The notes under the pieces: generated by a model
What the model was told of the DNA's origin: nothing
Database searches by the model: none
Seen by the model: the letters and a program-made list of their open reading frames with translations, nothing else
Position numbers and translations under genes: made by a program
Part shown: piece after piece, positions 1-9,320 of the stretch
Layout: every line of letters begins with the position of its first letter
How positions within the stretch are numbered: the first letter of the stretch is position 1
From: Oleispira antarctica RB-8
Lineage (GTDB): Bacteria; Pseudomonadota; Gammaproteobacteria; Pseudomonadales; Oceanobacteraceae
Assembly (NCBI GenBank): GCA_000967895.1
Contig: FO203512.1
Span: 537,582-569,581 of the forward strand
Direction of reading: 5' to 3'
DNA length: 32,000 nt

Positions 1-2
1 TC

Positions 3-140
3 ACCCGTCTTGAAGAGCAACGCTCGACCGATTGGATGCAGTATCAATCATTAACGGACTTTCTGGACGCCGATGATAAGAGCAAAACAGCGGAAGGCTA
101 CCCAGCGCCTTTGCGGGCAACGCTGATTGCTGAGGCTTAG
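3..140 (+). CDS. 3' end (last 45 codons) of a gene starting upstream of the window; product not identifiable
   Basis: This is the only + frame open from the window edge. It ends at TAG 138-140 (...[36 protein letters not shown]). No family is recognisable from the fragment. Confidence 0.4.
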   Translation, partial: TRLEEQRSTDWMQYQSLTDFLDADDKSKTAEGYPAPLRATLIAEA

Positions 141-158
141 AATCATTTAAATGAACTA

Positions 159-180
159 TTTATAGAATAAATCACTGTCA
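159..180 (+). promoter_or_regulatory. Copy 1 of shared motif TTTATAGAAT-N6-CTGTCA upstream of the 265..744 gene
   Basis: TTTATAGAAT at 159-168, a 6-nt spacer, then CTGTCA at 175-180. The same 10-mer, spacing and hexamer recur at 1586-1607. A further CTGTCAT lies at 192-198. Confidence 0.3.
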
Positions 181-264
181 AATTGTTCGAATCTGTCATT
201 ACTGACTACACTCAATGAGCGTATAAAAATTTTAGCGTCGTTAATAACAGATGAAGAGTAAGTT

Positions 265-744
265 ATGTCAGAAGCTGAACAATTAAGTGATGAGCAGCGT
301 CTTAGCCTTTTAGAGGGTAAAGTCGGTAAAAATAGAACAGTGATCACCATTGTTGCAATTACTATGGTGATCATCTTGTCGGTGTCTTTCACGGTTTTAC
401 TTCTTAAATTACTACGTGCTGACTCGCCTTATGTCACAACGGCTGCTTTTGAAGAGCAAAAGGTTGTTATACAGACATTACGCACAGAGCTAGAAAAGCA
501 GAAAAGTAAGGTCAGTACGTTGACTCTTACTTACCAGCAAAGCGAAGTAGCGACGTTCCAGCAAACCATGATTGAGCAAGAGCAGAGCTACCAAGCGTTT
601 TTCGCGACTTTAAAATTGGGTATGTTTGATCTCGCGAAAATGGTGCAAGGCTCACGTACTTGGCTGGATGTTTATAACGAAAAAATAGATGATGCCAAAT
701 ATTTGAGTCAGCAACGAGAGAAGAAGCTTCAGCGCTTAAAGTAG
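265..744 (+). CDS. Hypothetical bitopic membrane protein with coiled-coil-like C-terminal region
   Basis: 159-aa ORF with a single TM helix (VITIVAITMVIILSVSFTVLLL) followed by a Q/E/K-rich, heptad-like region. The overlapping antisense ORF 156..392 looks like noise. No family recognised. Confidence 0.6.
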   Translation: MSEAEQLSDEQRLSLLEGKVGKNRTVITIVAITMVIILSVSFTVLLLKLLRADSPYVTTAAFEEQKVVIQTLRTELEKQKSKVSTLTLTYQQSEVATFQQTMIEQEQSYQAFFATLKLGMFDLAKMVQGSRTWLDVYNEKIDDAKYLSQQREKKLQRLK

Positions 745-763
745 AGCGTTTGAAATAACACGC

Positions 764-1078
764 TTATTCTATCCAAACTTCACGCACTGGCTCACCAAAA
801 TCGTCATAGATTATCTTCTTTCTAGGACGATTGCTTTTGGCTGGAGATGCTGGAGTTTCTGATTTTTTACGCTCATCAACTGCTTTTAACTCGTCTAAAA
901 GCGGTGTTCTCTTCTGTTTTCCTTGTTCGAAACCGCTACTGCGATCGTCAATCTTGCCATTAATCAAACCACTTTCTCCGCGCTGAAACTCACGCACTTC
1001 TCCACCCTTGTTAAGGTATTGGTCAACCTCGTTATTCATTTGCTGGCGGATTTCGCGCTTGGTTGGGCGTTTATTCAT
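764..1078 (-). CDS. Small basic K/R/E-rich hypothetical protein (weak resemblance to SutA-like RNAP-associated proteins)
   Basis: 104-aa ORF convergent with the previous gene. The segment KREIRQQMNNEVDQYLNKGGEVREFQRGESG recalls the conserved FL-xx-GG-x-V/I core of SutA-type proteins. That link is memory-based and weak. Confidence 0.55.
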   Translation of the reverse strand: MNKRPTKREIRQQMNNEVDQYLNKGGEVREFQRGESGLINGKIDDRSSGFEQGKQKRTPLLDELKAVDERKKSETPASPAKSNRPRKKIIYDDFGEPVREVWIE

Positions 1079-1233
1079 GGATAATGGTCATGATAGTAAT
1101 CATAGAGGTATCGACAGTTCGTTTTTCATTATGGGTGGTGAAAGTATAGATGGCAAAACTCACTCTACCACTTGATGCCTAATCTTGTTAGTTTAACGTA
1201 TATTAATCCATTCATGTTATACGAGAATTCTAA

Positions 1234-1554
1234 ATGAAAAACGATCGTTATTTACCTCAGGCCTTGCGTAAGCTTGCATTAGTCGTGGTGAGTATTTTTA
1301 TAATGACAGCCTGTACAGAAGAGACAATGAATAAGTGGTCACGTCAGGCAGATAATTTTTTAGGTGAAGATTTAACAGTATCGTATGTTGATGGCGGTAA
1401 AGTTGTTAAATCGTGGACGGTAAAAGACGGAAAGATCACGACAGGGCGCGACGATCAAGGCCGAGCCATTGGTTATTATTATTTTTGGAGTATTGAAACG
1501 GGCTATGTTCAGTTGCCAATTGAACGAACCTTGATTGAAGAGATCAGAAAGTAA
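1234..1554 (+). CDS. Small lipoprotein, unknown function
   Basis: Signal peptide with lipobox (VVSIFIMTA-C-TEE). 106 aa, with a beta-rich C-terminus. Confidence 0.6.
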   Translation: MKNDRYLPQALRKLALVVVSIFIMTACTEETMNKWSRQADNFLGEDLTVSYVDGGKVVKSWTVKDGKITTGRDDQGRAIGYYYFWSIETGYVQLPIERTLIEEIRK

Positions 1555-1585
1555 GCACGACTAGTCACTCGTTGATATTCGTCAT

Positions 1586-1607
1586 TTTATAGAATTGACA
1601 TCTGTCA
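1586..1607 (+). promoter_or_regulatory. Copy 2 of shared motif TTTATAGAAT-N6-CTGTCA upstream of the 1633..3000 gene
   Basis: TTTATAGAAT at 1586-1595, tgacat spacer, then CTGTCA(T) at 1602-1608. cGTCAT at 1580-1585 lies 22 nt (two helical turns) upstream of CTGTCAT. Confidence 0.3.
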
Positions 1608-1632
1608 TCTACTAATAATAAAAAGATAAAGC

Positions 1633-3000
1633 ATGAAAGAGACGTTACAGAAAATAATACAACCTTATGCTGCTCGTTTAATCTCCAGTAATAGGCTGTT
1701 AACGTTCAAGCGTCAGTTGCAAGAAGCGAAACGCAAGCTGCTTGGGCGTTCGCATCATATTGATGTTTATCTGCGTATTAATGACCCTTACAGTTATTTG
1801 TTGGTACAGGTCTTAGCGGATTTTGAGCAACGTTTTGATGTCGGTATTCAATTTAAGACCATCTTAAACCTACAGCAGGATATGTATCCCGAAGAAACTA
1901 TGTGGCATGACAATGGTTTCTTGGATGCGACCCATCTTGCAGATTTGTACAAGCTTGAATGGCCTGATAAAGCACCTGAAACAACAAGTGAAGAAGAGTT
2001 GAGTAAAGTAGGGCAAGGTACTTTATTGTTGTTACAGCTTGAAAGCTCAGGCGAACGCCCGAGTGACTGGGCTGCGGTTGAGAAAATATTTAAGCGCTAT
2101 TGGTTTCAGCAGCCTTTTGAATCTTTACCTGAGAGCGCGTTAACAGCTAATAAGCTAAGTGCTAATTCATTAAATGATCTTGCTTGCTCGCAGCAACTGC
2201 TGGCGAATGAGCAAGCCTTGGCTATTAAAGGCCATTATATGAGTGCAATGCTTAATTATGCCGGAGAGTGGTATTGGGGGCTCGATCGGTTAGATCATTT
2301 GGAAAAGCGTTTATTGCAGCTGGGCTTAGGGAATGGAAGTGAGGTTCTTTTTGATAAAACGTATCGTGACTTCTGTAAGACAGCACCTTTACTCGCTGCA
2401 AGTTCTCAGCATAAAAAATTGACGTTATATTTTTCTATTCGCAGTCCTTATTCTCACCTGGGCTTAAAGCAGGCAATTAAGCTGGCTCAGCATTATCAAT
2501 TAACATTTGAGGTTAAGCCCGTTCTGCCTATGGTGATGCGTGGATTACGAGTACCTGATACAAAAAAAATGTATATCTTTTATGATACCAAGCGTGAAGC
2601 CGAAAAATTGGGCATCGATTATGGTTTTGTAGCAGATCCTTTGGGTGAGGGTGTTAATCGCTGCTACTCATTATTTAAATATGCGCAATCGTGCAACAAA
2701 GAAACGGAGTATTTACTGAATTATGCTGAGGCCGTTAATGCCCAAGGCATTCGCTCCGAAACCGATGCGGGATTGAAACATATTGTTGAGCGCTCTGGGT
2801 TAGATTGGGATCATGCTAAGCCGTTATTAGTGCAGGATAATCGAGATCAGCAGTGGCAAGCTTGGGCAGAAGAAAATCGACAAGAAATGGTGGCATTAGG
2901 CTCTTGGGGTGTACCCACATTTCAATATGGCGACCTAGTATTGTGGGGGCAAGATAGGGCAGGCTTAATTGAACGAGCCGTTATACAGGACTTTTTATGA
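1633..3000 (+). CDS. Tandem DsbA-like thioredoxin-fold protein (2-hydroxychromene-2-carboxylate isomerase family, two domains fused)
   Basis: There are two internal repeats of the family N-terminal signature: IDVYLRINDPYSYL near the N-terminus and LTLYFSIRSPYSHLG mid-protein. The C-terminus carries the typical WGVPTFQYGDLVLWGQDR. Neither repeat has a CxxC, as is typical of HCCA-isomerase-type members. Confidence 0.7.
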   Translation: MKETLQKIIQPYAARLISSNRLLTFKRQLQEAKRKLLGRSHHIDVYLRINDPYSYLLVQVLADFEQRFDVGIQFKTILNLQQDMYPEETMWHDNGFLDATHLADLYKLEWPDKAPETTSEEELSKVGQGTLLLLQLESSGERPSDWAAVEKIFKRYWFQQPFESLPESALTANKLSANSLNDLACSQQLLANEQALAIKGHYMSAMLNYAGEWYWGLDRLDHLEKRLLQLGLGNGSEVLFDKTYRDFCKTAPLLAASSQHKKLTLYFSIRSPYSHLGLKQAIKLAQHYQLTFEVKPVLPMVMRGLRVPDTKKMYIFYDTKREAEKLGIDYGFVADPLGEGVNRCYSLFKYAQSCNKETEYLLNYAEAVNAQGIRSETDAGLKHIVERSGLDWDHAKPLLVQDNRDQQWQAWAEENRQEMVALGSWGVPTFQYGDLVLWGQDRAGLIERAVIQDFL

Positions 3001-3198
3001 GTGTTGAGTTTATTTTTAATTATTGATCAATAAATGAACTGTTTTGAGTGAAGAAAAGTCATTAATTGCGCCAGAAGAAAAAATTCATCAATGAATCTAT
3101 CTTTGTTTTAACAATCTGACATAAAACTCCATTACACTACGGCTCGCATTCAGTAGAATGCTTGGCTTATTGTGTGAAAATAATTAAAAGAGATAATT

Positions 3199-3966
3199 TT
3201 GAAGGTACTCTTGTCTGCTATATGGTCCGCTAAATGGTATTTATTAATCGGACTGTTCAGTTTTATTATATTTTTGGGAATGACGGCTCCATTGGCGTTT
3301 ATATGGCCTAAGGTTCAGCCTCATTTAGGACGCTTACCTGTTCAGGTCGAATTGGTCAGTGGTACCCTCTGGCAAGGCCAGGCGCGTGTGAATATTCCTA
3401 ATGTCGGTAAGGTTACTGGAAAGTGGGATATTCAATTGAGCGAGTTACTTGCTGGGCAACTTGCGGCAAATGTGAATATTTCAGGTGATGAGCTTAAGTT
3501 TAAGGGGCTCGTTCGTGGCAGTGCCGATCAAGTTGAAGTGATTGAAAGTGAAGCGTTTATGTCTTCACGCTATTTAGCGCCCTTATTACGACAAGGAAAT
3601 TCATCGTTGATCGGTGATTTTGAATTAAATAAATTTAATGCGCTTTTTTCTGTGAGCGATAAGCAGATATTAGCCGCTGATGGTCGACTGCTTTTTAGTG
3701 GTGGCGATGTTAGCTTTCCCCTTGATGGTAAAAAGATTAGTGCCACATTACCTATTTTGGTGGGGGTGATTAAAAAGCCTGCTGAGAATGTTGAATTGGT
3801 TATTACCAATACGGATGGTCAAGATATTGGTCGAGGATATGTACAGCCTGATGGCTGGGCGGGAATTGGTATTCGTCGTCGTTTCTTAGATATTTTAGGG
3901 TTACAGTGGCCTGCTGAAGTCGATGCAGAAAAAGTTATATTTGAAGCTTCCCAAAAGCTGTTATGA
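3199..3966 (+). CDS. gspN: Type II secretion system protein N
   Basis: TTG start preceded by AAGAGA. It has an N-terminal TM anchor, then the GspN-typical ...VSGTLWQGQA... segment, and is about 250 aa long. It lies directly upstream of gspC and gspD. Confidence 0.75.
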   Translation: MKVLLSAIWSAKWYLLIGLFSFIIFLGMTAPLAFIWPKVQPHLGRLPVQVELVSGTLWQGQARVNIPNVGKVTGKWDIQLSELLAGQLAANVNISGDELKFKGLVRGSADQVEVIESEAFMSSRYLAPLLRQGNSSLIGDFELNKFNALFSVSDKQILAADGRLLFSGGDVSFPLDGKKISATLPILVGVIKKPAENVELVITNTDGQDIGRGYVQPDGWAGIGIRRRFLDILGLQWPAEVDAEKVIFEASQKLL

Positions 3967-4044
3967 CCTCAATCAGAAAATAGACAAAGATTATACAAAG
4001 ACTATGGAAAGAAACATGAAACAGTTGGCAGTCAGGAGTGCAGA

Positions 4045-4914
4045 GTGACTGAACAAACAATCGTTATTTTGCCTTGGCAACGACTGGTTTTAATTTTAGG
4101 TAAGCTTACTTTTACCGTGTTAATCTCTAGCCAATTAGCCATTTTTACGTGGATGATATTAGCGCCTAGTTCCTTAGTATTGTCAGAACCAAGTCGCGCA
4201 CAAGGTGCCGCCGCAGTTATTCAAAATCAAAGTATTGCAGATATGCATATCTTTGGTGATGCGGTTGTGGAAGTGATGGAAGTTCCTAAAGAAGTAAATG
4301 CCCCTAAAACTCGTTTACGCCTAGAGTTGTTGGGAATTATGGCTGCAAGTATTGCAGAAAATTCTAGTGCGATCATTGCCCCGAAGGGCGGTGCAGGTGA
4401 AAATTACCGTATCGGAGATGTGGTTCAAGGCCGTACAAAGCTGGCAGCCGTGCAGCAAGATCAAGTGATCTTGGACAGTAATGGTAAGTTAGAAGCGCTG
4501 AAATTTGATCTAACCGACAAACAAGGCATTCAACAGTCCGCTAAGCCAACCCCCGCGCAAAGAAGAGCGCAAGCCGGTGGTACATTAAAAGAAAGATTCA
4601 GTCATATTCGCACTGCCTCAGATGCGGTAAGCCTATTAAGAGATGAGGTGGCTAATAATCCAGCGGGCGCCCTCAAGCAAATGGGGTTAGAAGTTGCGGG
4701 TAATGGCTCAGGCTATAAAGTTTCGAATTCGGGTTCAATGCTAACGCAGTTAGGCTTGCAACCGGGTGATGTGATTTTGTCTGTCAATGGACAGACATTG
4801 GGCAATTTAAATGATGATCAGATGTTATTAGAACAAGTGACTAATAGCGGTCAAGCGCGTTTGGAAATACAGCGTGGCAATCGTCGTTTTGTCGTTAACC
4901 ATACCATTAAATAA
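4045..4914 (+). CDS. gspC: Type II secretion system protein C (TM anchor, HR region, C-terminal PDZ)
   Basis: GTG start 6 nt after AGGAG. It has an N-terminal TM helix and a C-terminal PDZ-like segment (LGLQPGDVILSVNGQTLGNL). It lies directly upstream of the secretin gene. Confidence 0.8.
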   Translation: MTEQTIVILPWQRLVLILGKLTFTVLISSQLAIFTWMILAPSSLVLSEPSRAQGAAAVIQNQSIADMHIFGDAVVEVMEVPKEVNAPKTRLRLELLGIMAASIAENSSAIIAPKGGAGENYRIGDVVQGRTKLAAVQQDQVILDSNGKLEALKFDLTDKQGIQQSAKPTPAQRRAQAGGTLKERFSHIRTASDAVSLLRDEVANNPAGALKQMGLEVAGNGSGYKVSNSGSMLTQLGLQPGDVILSVNGQTLGNLNDDQMLLEQVTNSGQARLEIQRGNRRFVVNHTIK

Positions 4915-4925
4915 GGACTTAATCG

Positions 4926-6830
4926 GTGTTTAAGCGTTTTTGTAAAATTGCACTGTTGGCTATGACTATTGCCATCAGTATTCCTGCGTTGACTGTTCAT
5001 GCAGAAGATCAGAACTGGCAAGTAAATCTTAAAGATGCCGATATATCGGCGTTCATTGGACAGATTGCTGATATCACTGGTAAGAGCTTTGTTATTGACC
5101 CTAGGGTCAAAGGTAAGGTAACGGTGGTTTCAACTGAAACCATGAATACCGAAGCCGTTTATGAACTTTTCTTATCGGTGTTAAAAGTCCACGGCTATGC
5201 GGCGGTGCCAGCGGGTGATGTTGTCATGGTCGTGCAGCAAAACTCGGTTAAGCAGCAAGGTCGAGATTTAGAAGAGAAGTTCAAAAAACAAAGCCAAGAA
5301 ATGGTCACAAAAGTGATCATGATTAAAAATACACCGGCTTTGGATTTAGTGCCTATCTTGCGCCCGCTGGTGGCTAAATATGGCCACCTCGCGGGGGTGA
5401 AATCTGCCAATGCATTGATCATTTCCGATCATGCTTCAAACATCAATCGTATTGAACAGATTATCGATCGTCTTGATAAGTCTGGCTCTGAAGAGTTAGA
5501 AGTTATTCAATTGAAAGAAGCATGGGTTGGGAACGTTGTGACTATGTTGCAAAGTCTAGATCCCGATAAAGTGGCTCAAGGTAAAGGCTCTTCGAGTGGT
5601 GGTGCTGGTAGTATTCGAGTGGTTGCCGATGAGCGCAGCAATCGATTAATTATTAAGGGTGAGAAGACATCGCGAGAACGTATTCGTATATTGATTCAAC
5701 AGCTAGATAAGCCTTCTTATTTCTCAGGTAGCACCAAGGTTATTCGCTTGAAATACGCGGATGCCAAGAAGTTAGCAGAATTATTGAAAGGGGTTATGTC
5801 AGAATCGGACTCCGGTAGTAAAGATGCCAATAAAGCGAAAGGCAAAGCGAGTATTCATGCTGATGAAGAACTGAACGCTCTTGTGGTACGTGCTGAACCT
5901 TCTATTTTAAAAGAAATTGATGAAATTATTCATGAGCTGGATGTTCGTCGAGCTCAGGTACTAATTGAATCAGCTATTGTTGAAGTGACGGGTGAGGTGA
6001 GCGACTCTTTAGGTTTCCAATGGGCCTTGGGTGATACCGATAACCCTGTTGCGGGTACAAACTTTGGTAATGCTGGGCAGTCTTTATCAACGCTTGCCGC
6101 AGGTGTAGCGTCAGGCACTCCGACCTTGAGTAACGGTTTAACGTTAGGTGGCTTTAAAGAAACGAATGGTCAGGTAGATTTTGGTGTCATTCTACAAGCG
6201 TTAGAAAGTCAGAGTAATACTAACTTACTATCGACTCCTAGTATTATGACGCTTGATAACCAAGAAGCAGAAATTATTGTGGGCCAGAATGTTCCTTTCT
6301 TAACAGGTTCTACTTCGTCAAGTGCGAACAGCAATCCGTTTACCACCATTTCACGTGAAGATATTGGTGTAACGCTGAAAATTAAGCCGCATATCCATGA
6401 AGGTAATGAATTGCGTCTAGAGGTCGAGGTAAGCGCTGAGTCTGTGGCTAATACCACCGTTCAGGGACAGGCGGATTTGATTACCAATAAGCGTTCATTG
6501 AAAACAATGATTTTAGCCGCTGATGAAGAAACAATTGTATTAGGTGGTTTGATCAGTGACGACATTGTTGAAACAGAAAGTAAGGTTCCGCTGTTGGGTG
6601 ACATACCATTATTAGGTTGGTTATTTAAAAGTAAAAGTACACAACATGTGAAGCGTAATTTGATGGTTTTTTTACGCCCAACGATTGTATTGGATAAGCA
6701 AAAAGCGACGACTTTAACTCAAGACAAATACAATGGTGTTTGGGAGTTTGATTTGTCAGGTGATTTAGAAGTGGATGATGTGAATAGACGCATGAGTCGT
6801 TTATTTAAAGGTGTTCAACTGAGTAACTAA
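4926..6830 (+). CDS. gspD: Type II secretion system secretin GspD
   Basis: Signal peptide followed by the N0 domain (QVNLKDADISAFIGQIADITGKSFVIDPRVKGKVTVVS). The secretin core is present (NLLSTPSIMTLDNQEAEIIVGQNVPF...VPLLGDIPLLGWLFKS). Confidence 0.95.
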   Translation: MFKRFCKIALLAMTIAISIPALTVHAEDQNWQVNLKDADISAFIGQIADITGKSFVIDPRVKGKVTVVSTETMNTEAVYELFLSVLKVHGYAAVPAGDVVMVVQQNSVKQQGRDLEEKFKKQSQEMVTKVIMIKNTPALDLVPILRPLVAKYGHLAGVKSANALIISDHASNINRIEQIIDRLDKSGSEELEVIQLKEAWVGNVVTMLQSLDPDKVAQGKGSSSGGAGSIRVVADERSNRLIIKGEKTSRERIRILIQQLDKPSYFSGSTKVIRLKYADAKKLAELLKGVMSESDSGSKDANKAKGKASIHADEELNALVVRAEPSILKEIDEIIHELDVRRAQVLIESAIVEVTGEVSDSLGFQWALGDTDNPVAGTNFGNAGQSLSTLAAGVASGTPTLSNGLTLGGFKETNGQVDFGVILQALESQSNTNLLSTPSIMTLDNQEAEIIVGQNVPFLTGSTSSSANSNPFTTISREDIGVTLKIKPHIHEGNELRLEVEVSAESVANTTVQGQADLITNKRSLKTMILAADEETIVLGGLISDDIVETESKVPLLGDIPLLGWLFKSKSTQHVKRNLMVFLRPTIVLDKQKATTLTQDKYNGVWEFDLSGDLEVDDVNRRMSRLFKGVQLSN

Positions 6831-6870
6831 TCGCTTGAATTATCTTAAGTTAACGTTAAACAGTGAATAA

Positions 6871-6897
6871 AAAAGGCCAGCTTAGCTGGCTTTTTTT
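6871..6897. terminator. Bidirectional rho-independent terminator between gspD (+) and maf (-)
   Basis: Stem GCCAGC (6876-6881), loop TTA, stem GCTGGC (6885-6890). An A-run lies upstream and a T7 run downstream. Confidence 0.7.
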
Positions 6898-6936
6898 ATG
6901 CCTGTAATTCCGTCTTTAAGGTTAAAAGTTTAATCA

Positions 6937-7530
6937 TCAAAGCACCTGAATATCTTGTTGTTCTAATAAATCGATCAAGGCGATTAATGGTAAACCAATT
7001 AAAGTATTAGGGTCTCGGCCCTCTAAGGCGCTGAATAAACGAATGCCTAAGCCCTCTGATTTAAAACTGCCTGCACAATCTAATGGCATTTCTTGTTCTA
7101 TATAGCGTTCAATTTGCGGCCGTGTTAGCGTGCGAAAATGAACACTAAACGGTTCTACTAGGCTATGGCATTGTTGATTGTCGCTATTGTAAACACACAG
7201 TCCTGTTAAAAAAGTAACGTGCTGACCACTGGCTTGGCTAAGTTGTTGAATCGCGTTCTCAACCGTATGAGGCTTGCCTAAAATCTGCTGCTGGCCATTC
7301 ACCTCTAATACCGCACATTGGTCGCTACCAATAATAATATGATGCGGATATTCCATTTTCAACGCTTTGGCTTTTTCAATGGCCAGGCGTTGTACATAAT
7401 CACTGGGCTGTTCGCTGGGTAATATTGACTCGTCGATATCGGGACTGGCGCAAATAAACGGTAGCTGTAACTTTTCTAATAACTGTTTGCGGTAGACAGA
7501 GCTGGAAGCGAGTAAAAGCGGTAATGACAT
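6937..7530 (-). CDS. maf: Maf-like nucleoside triphosphate pyrophosphatase (YceF subfamily)
   Basis: The N-terminus LLLASSSVYRKQLLEKLQLPFICASPDIDES closely parallels E. coli YceF ([30 protein letters not shown]). Length is 197 aa. Confidence 0.9.
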   Translation of the reverse strand: MSLPLLLASSSVYRKQLLEKLQLPFICASPDIDESILPSEQPSDYVQRLAIEKAKALKMEYPHHIIIGSDQCAVLEVNGQQQILGKPHTVENAIQQLSQASGQHVTFLTGLCVYNSDNQQCHSLVEPFSVHFRTLTRPQIERYIEQEMPLDCAGSFKSEGLGIRLFSALEGRDPNTLIGLPLIALIDLLEQQDIQVL

Positions 7531-7570
7531 ACGTTGTGAGCCTTGTGAATAAATCGCCTAAAAATTATGC

Positions 7571-7600
7571 AAAAAAAAGGAGCCGAAGCTCCTTTTTCTT
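7571..7600 (-). terminator. Rho-independent terminator downstream of sodB
   Basis: Stem GGAGC (7579-7583), loop CGAA, stem GCTCC (7588-7592), flanked by A8 and a T-run. On the minus strand the stem is followed by T8. Confidence 0.7.
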
Positions 7601-7629
7601 TTTAGCTACTTATTATAGTAACTGATCAC

Positions 7630-8211
7630 TTACGCTAGGTTAGCGTTAGCGAATTCCCAGTTAACCAATGCCCAGAAACCTTTAAGGTAATCAGGACGTA
7701 CATTGCGGTAATCAATGTAATAAGCGTGTTCCCACAAATCAACAGTGATCAGCGGAGTAATACCTTCTTCTGTGATTGGCGTGCCAGCGTTAGATGTATT
7801 AACGATGTCTAAAGAACCGTCAGCTAGTTGAACCAACCAAGTCCAGCTAGAACCGAAGTTGTTAACCGCTTTGTCGTTCAATTTTTCTTTCATCGCTTCG
7901 AAAGAACCGAAAGAAGCATTGATCGCTTCAGCGATAGCGCCCGTTGGTTCGCCGCCGCCGTTAGGGCTCATGCTGTTCCAGTAGAACGTATGGTTCCAGA
8001 TTTGTGCTGCGTTATTGAAAACAGGACCGGTAGAAGTCTTAACGATTTCTTCTAAAGATTTGTTTTCATCAGCAGTTCCGCCGATAAGACCATTTAACTT
8101 AACTACGTAAGTATTGTGGTGCTTGCCATAGTGAAATGACAATGTTTCTGCAGAAATATGTGGCTCTAATGCATCTTGTGCATAAGGCAATGCTGGTAAT
8201 TCAAACGCCAT
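7630..8211 (-). CDS. sodB: Iron superoxide dismutase
   Basis: [36 protein letters not shown]...[18 protein letters not shown] is near-identical in pattern to Vibrio or Alteromonas Fe-SOD. Length is 193 aa. Confidence 0.97.
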   Translation of the reverse strand: MAFELPALPYAQDALEPHISAETLSFHYGKHHNTYVVKLNGLIGGTADENKSLEEIVKTSTGPVFNNAAQIWNHTFYWNSMSPNGGGEPTGAIAEAINASFGSFEAMKEKLNDKAVNNFGSSWTWLVQLADGSLDIVNTSNAGTPITEEGITPLITVDLWEHAYYIDYRNVRPDYLKGFWALVNWEFANANLA

Positions 8212-8488
8212 GATTTTCTCTCCAATATTAGCTTGAATGATACGGATAACTGGTAAGGTTCAAATGGGAGTCGAAGCCTTACTTCCGCAATCTGGGGTGA
8301 ATAATAGCACACCTTAAATTATCCGCTACGCATGTAAAATGTGTGGTTTTAGTTTGATCACCTTATCCGTTATACTAGCGCCACTTAAATACCTAAGAAA
8401 ATACCTTAAAAGGCCTGTTTATAAAGCGCTAGGGTGTGAGTACAAGGTACTAATAATCATAATAATGAGCCAGATACTCGGGGCAACT

Positions 8489-9316
8489 ATGTCAAACGAT
8501 CAAGAATCCATACCAAAGATGCAAGCATCACAAGAAGACATGGCGATGCGCCAAAAGCAGTTACAGCAACGTCGTTTAGCAGCGCAGCGTGCAGCAAAGG
8601 CAAATCCATCGGCCGCACAGATAGCGGCACCAGCGCCTAAGCAAACACTTGCTATTATTGCTTTAGTATTGAGTTTGGGGATGGGCGGCTTTGCAGCTTT
8701 TTTGTTTATACAACTACAGGAAGCTAATGCACAGTTGGGGAAAACAGAAGATATTTTAAATGGGCACGCAACCAATTTAGCAGTCTTAAATGATAAATTA
8801 TCGGCTTCCGATGAAAATTCAAATCTATCGGTTGGCGCATTGAAAGTATTATTAAAAGATAACGCCAAAGAAATTCGCAAGCTTTGGGATCTTACGAACA
8901 AAGCGAACAAACCTAACATTGAGAAAAATACTAAAGCGATTTCTAGTGTAAAAGCATCGGTGGTTAAGGTTGATAAAAAAGCGACAGGTATCGATAAAAA
9001 AGTTGTATCGGCCAATAGCAATATTACTGGCAACAAAAACAGCATCGCCGCGCTAAAAACCAGCTTAGCCAATAGCCAAAAATCGTTAGAAACAAAGCTC
9101 GCTGATCTTAAGTCATCCGTTACAGGTTTACCTGAAGCGACTGAAAAGCGTATTGGTAATAATGAGCAGTCAATTCGTTCTATCGATGCGACCCGTAAGA
9201 AGTTAAACAGCTCTATGGCGGAAGTTGAATCTCAGTTTAATGAAATGAAATTAGAAATTGAAGATATTCAAATTCGTTTAGACCGTATGCAAAATGCGAT
9301 GACGGGTACTCTTTAG
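8489..9316 (+). CDS. Bitopic membrane protein with long A/K/N/S-rich coiled-coil ectodomain, unknown function
   Basis: The ORF is open from 8339, but the first 42-50 codons look non-coding. Plausible starts are ATG 8465 or ATG 8489 (MSNDQES...). It has a TM helix (LAIIALVLSLGMGGFAAFLFI) followed by a heptad-rich region. The 190-aa antisense ORF 8500..9072 is rejected. Confidence 0.55.
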   Translation: MSNDQESIPKMQASQEDMAMRQKQLQQRRLAAQRAAKANPSAAQIAAPAPKQTLAIIALVLSLGMGGFAAFLFIQLQEANAQLGKTEDILNGHATNLAVLNDKLSASDENSNLSVGALKVLLKDNAKEIRKLWDLTNKANKPNIEKNTKAISSVKASVVKVDKKATGIDKKVVSANSNITGNKNSIAALKTSLANSQKSLETKLADLKSSVTGLPEATEKRIGNNEQSIRSIDATRKKLNSSMAEVESQFNEMKLEIEDIQIRLDRMQNAMTGTL

Positions 9317-9320
9317 TTCA

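Noticed and set aside
8339-8488. N-terminal 42-50 codons of the 8339..9316 ORF
   Set aside because: The composition looks intergenic (Ile- and Leu-rich, AT-rich), and it lies in the likely divergent promoter region shared with sodB. The internal ATGs at 8465 and 8489 are more plausible starts, though neither has a strong RBS.
8500-9072. 190-aa antisense ORF inside the coiled-coil gene
   Set aside because: Its Cys/Phe/Ala-rich composition is typical of the reverse frame of an A/K/N/S-rich gene. It has no RBS or recognisable motif. The sense frame is longer and has a coherent TM plus coiled-coil architecture.
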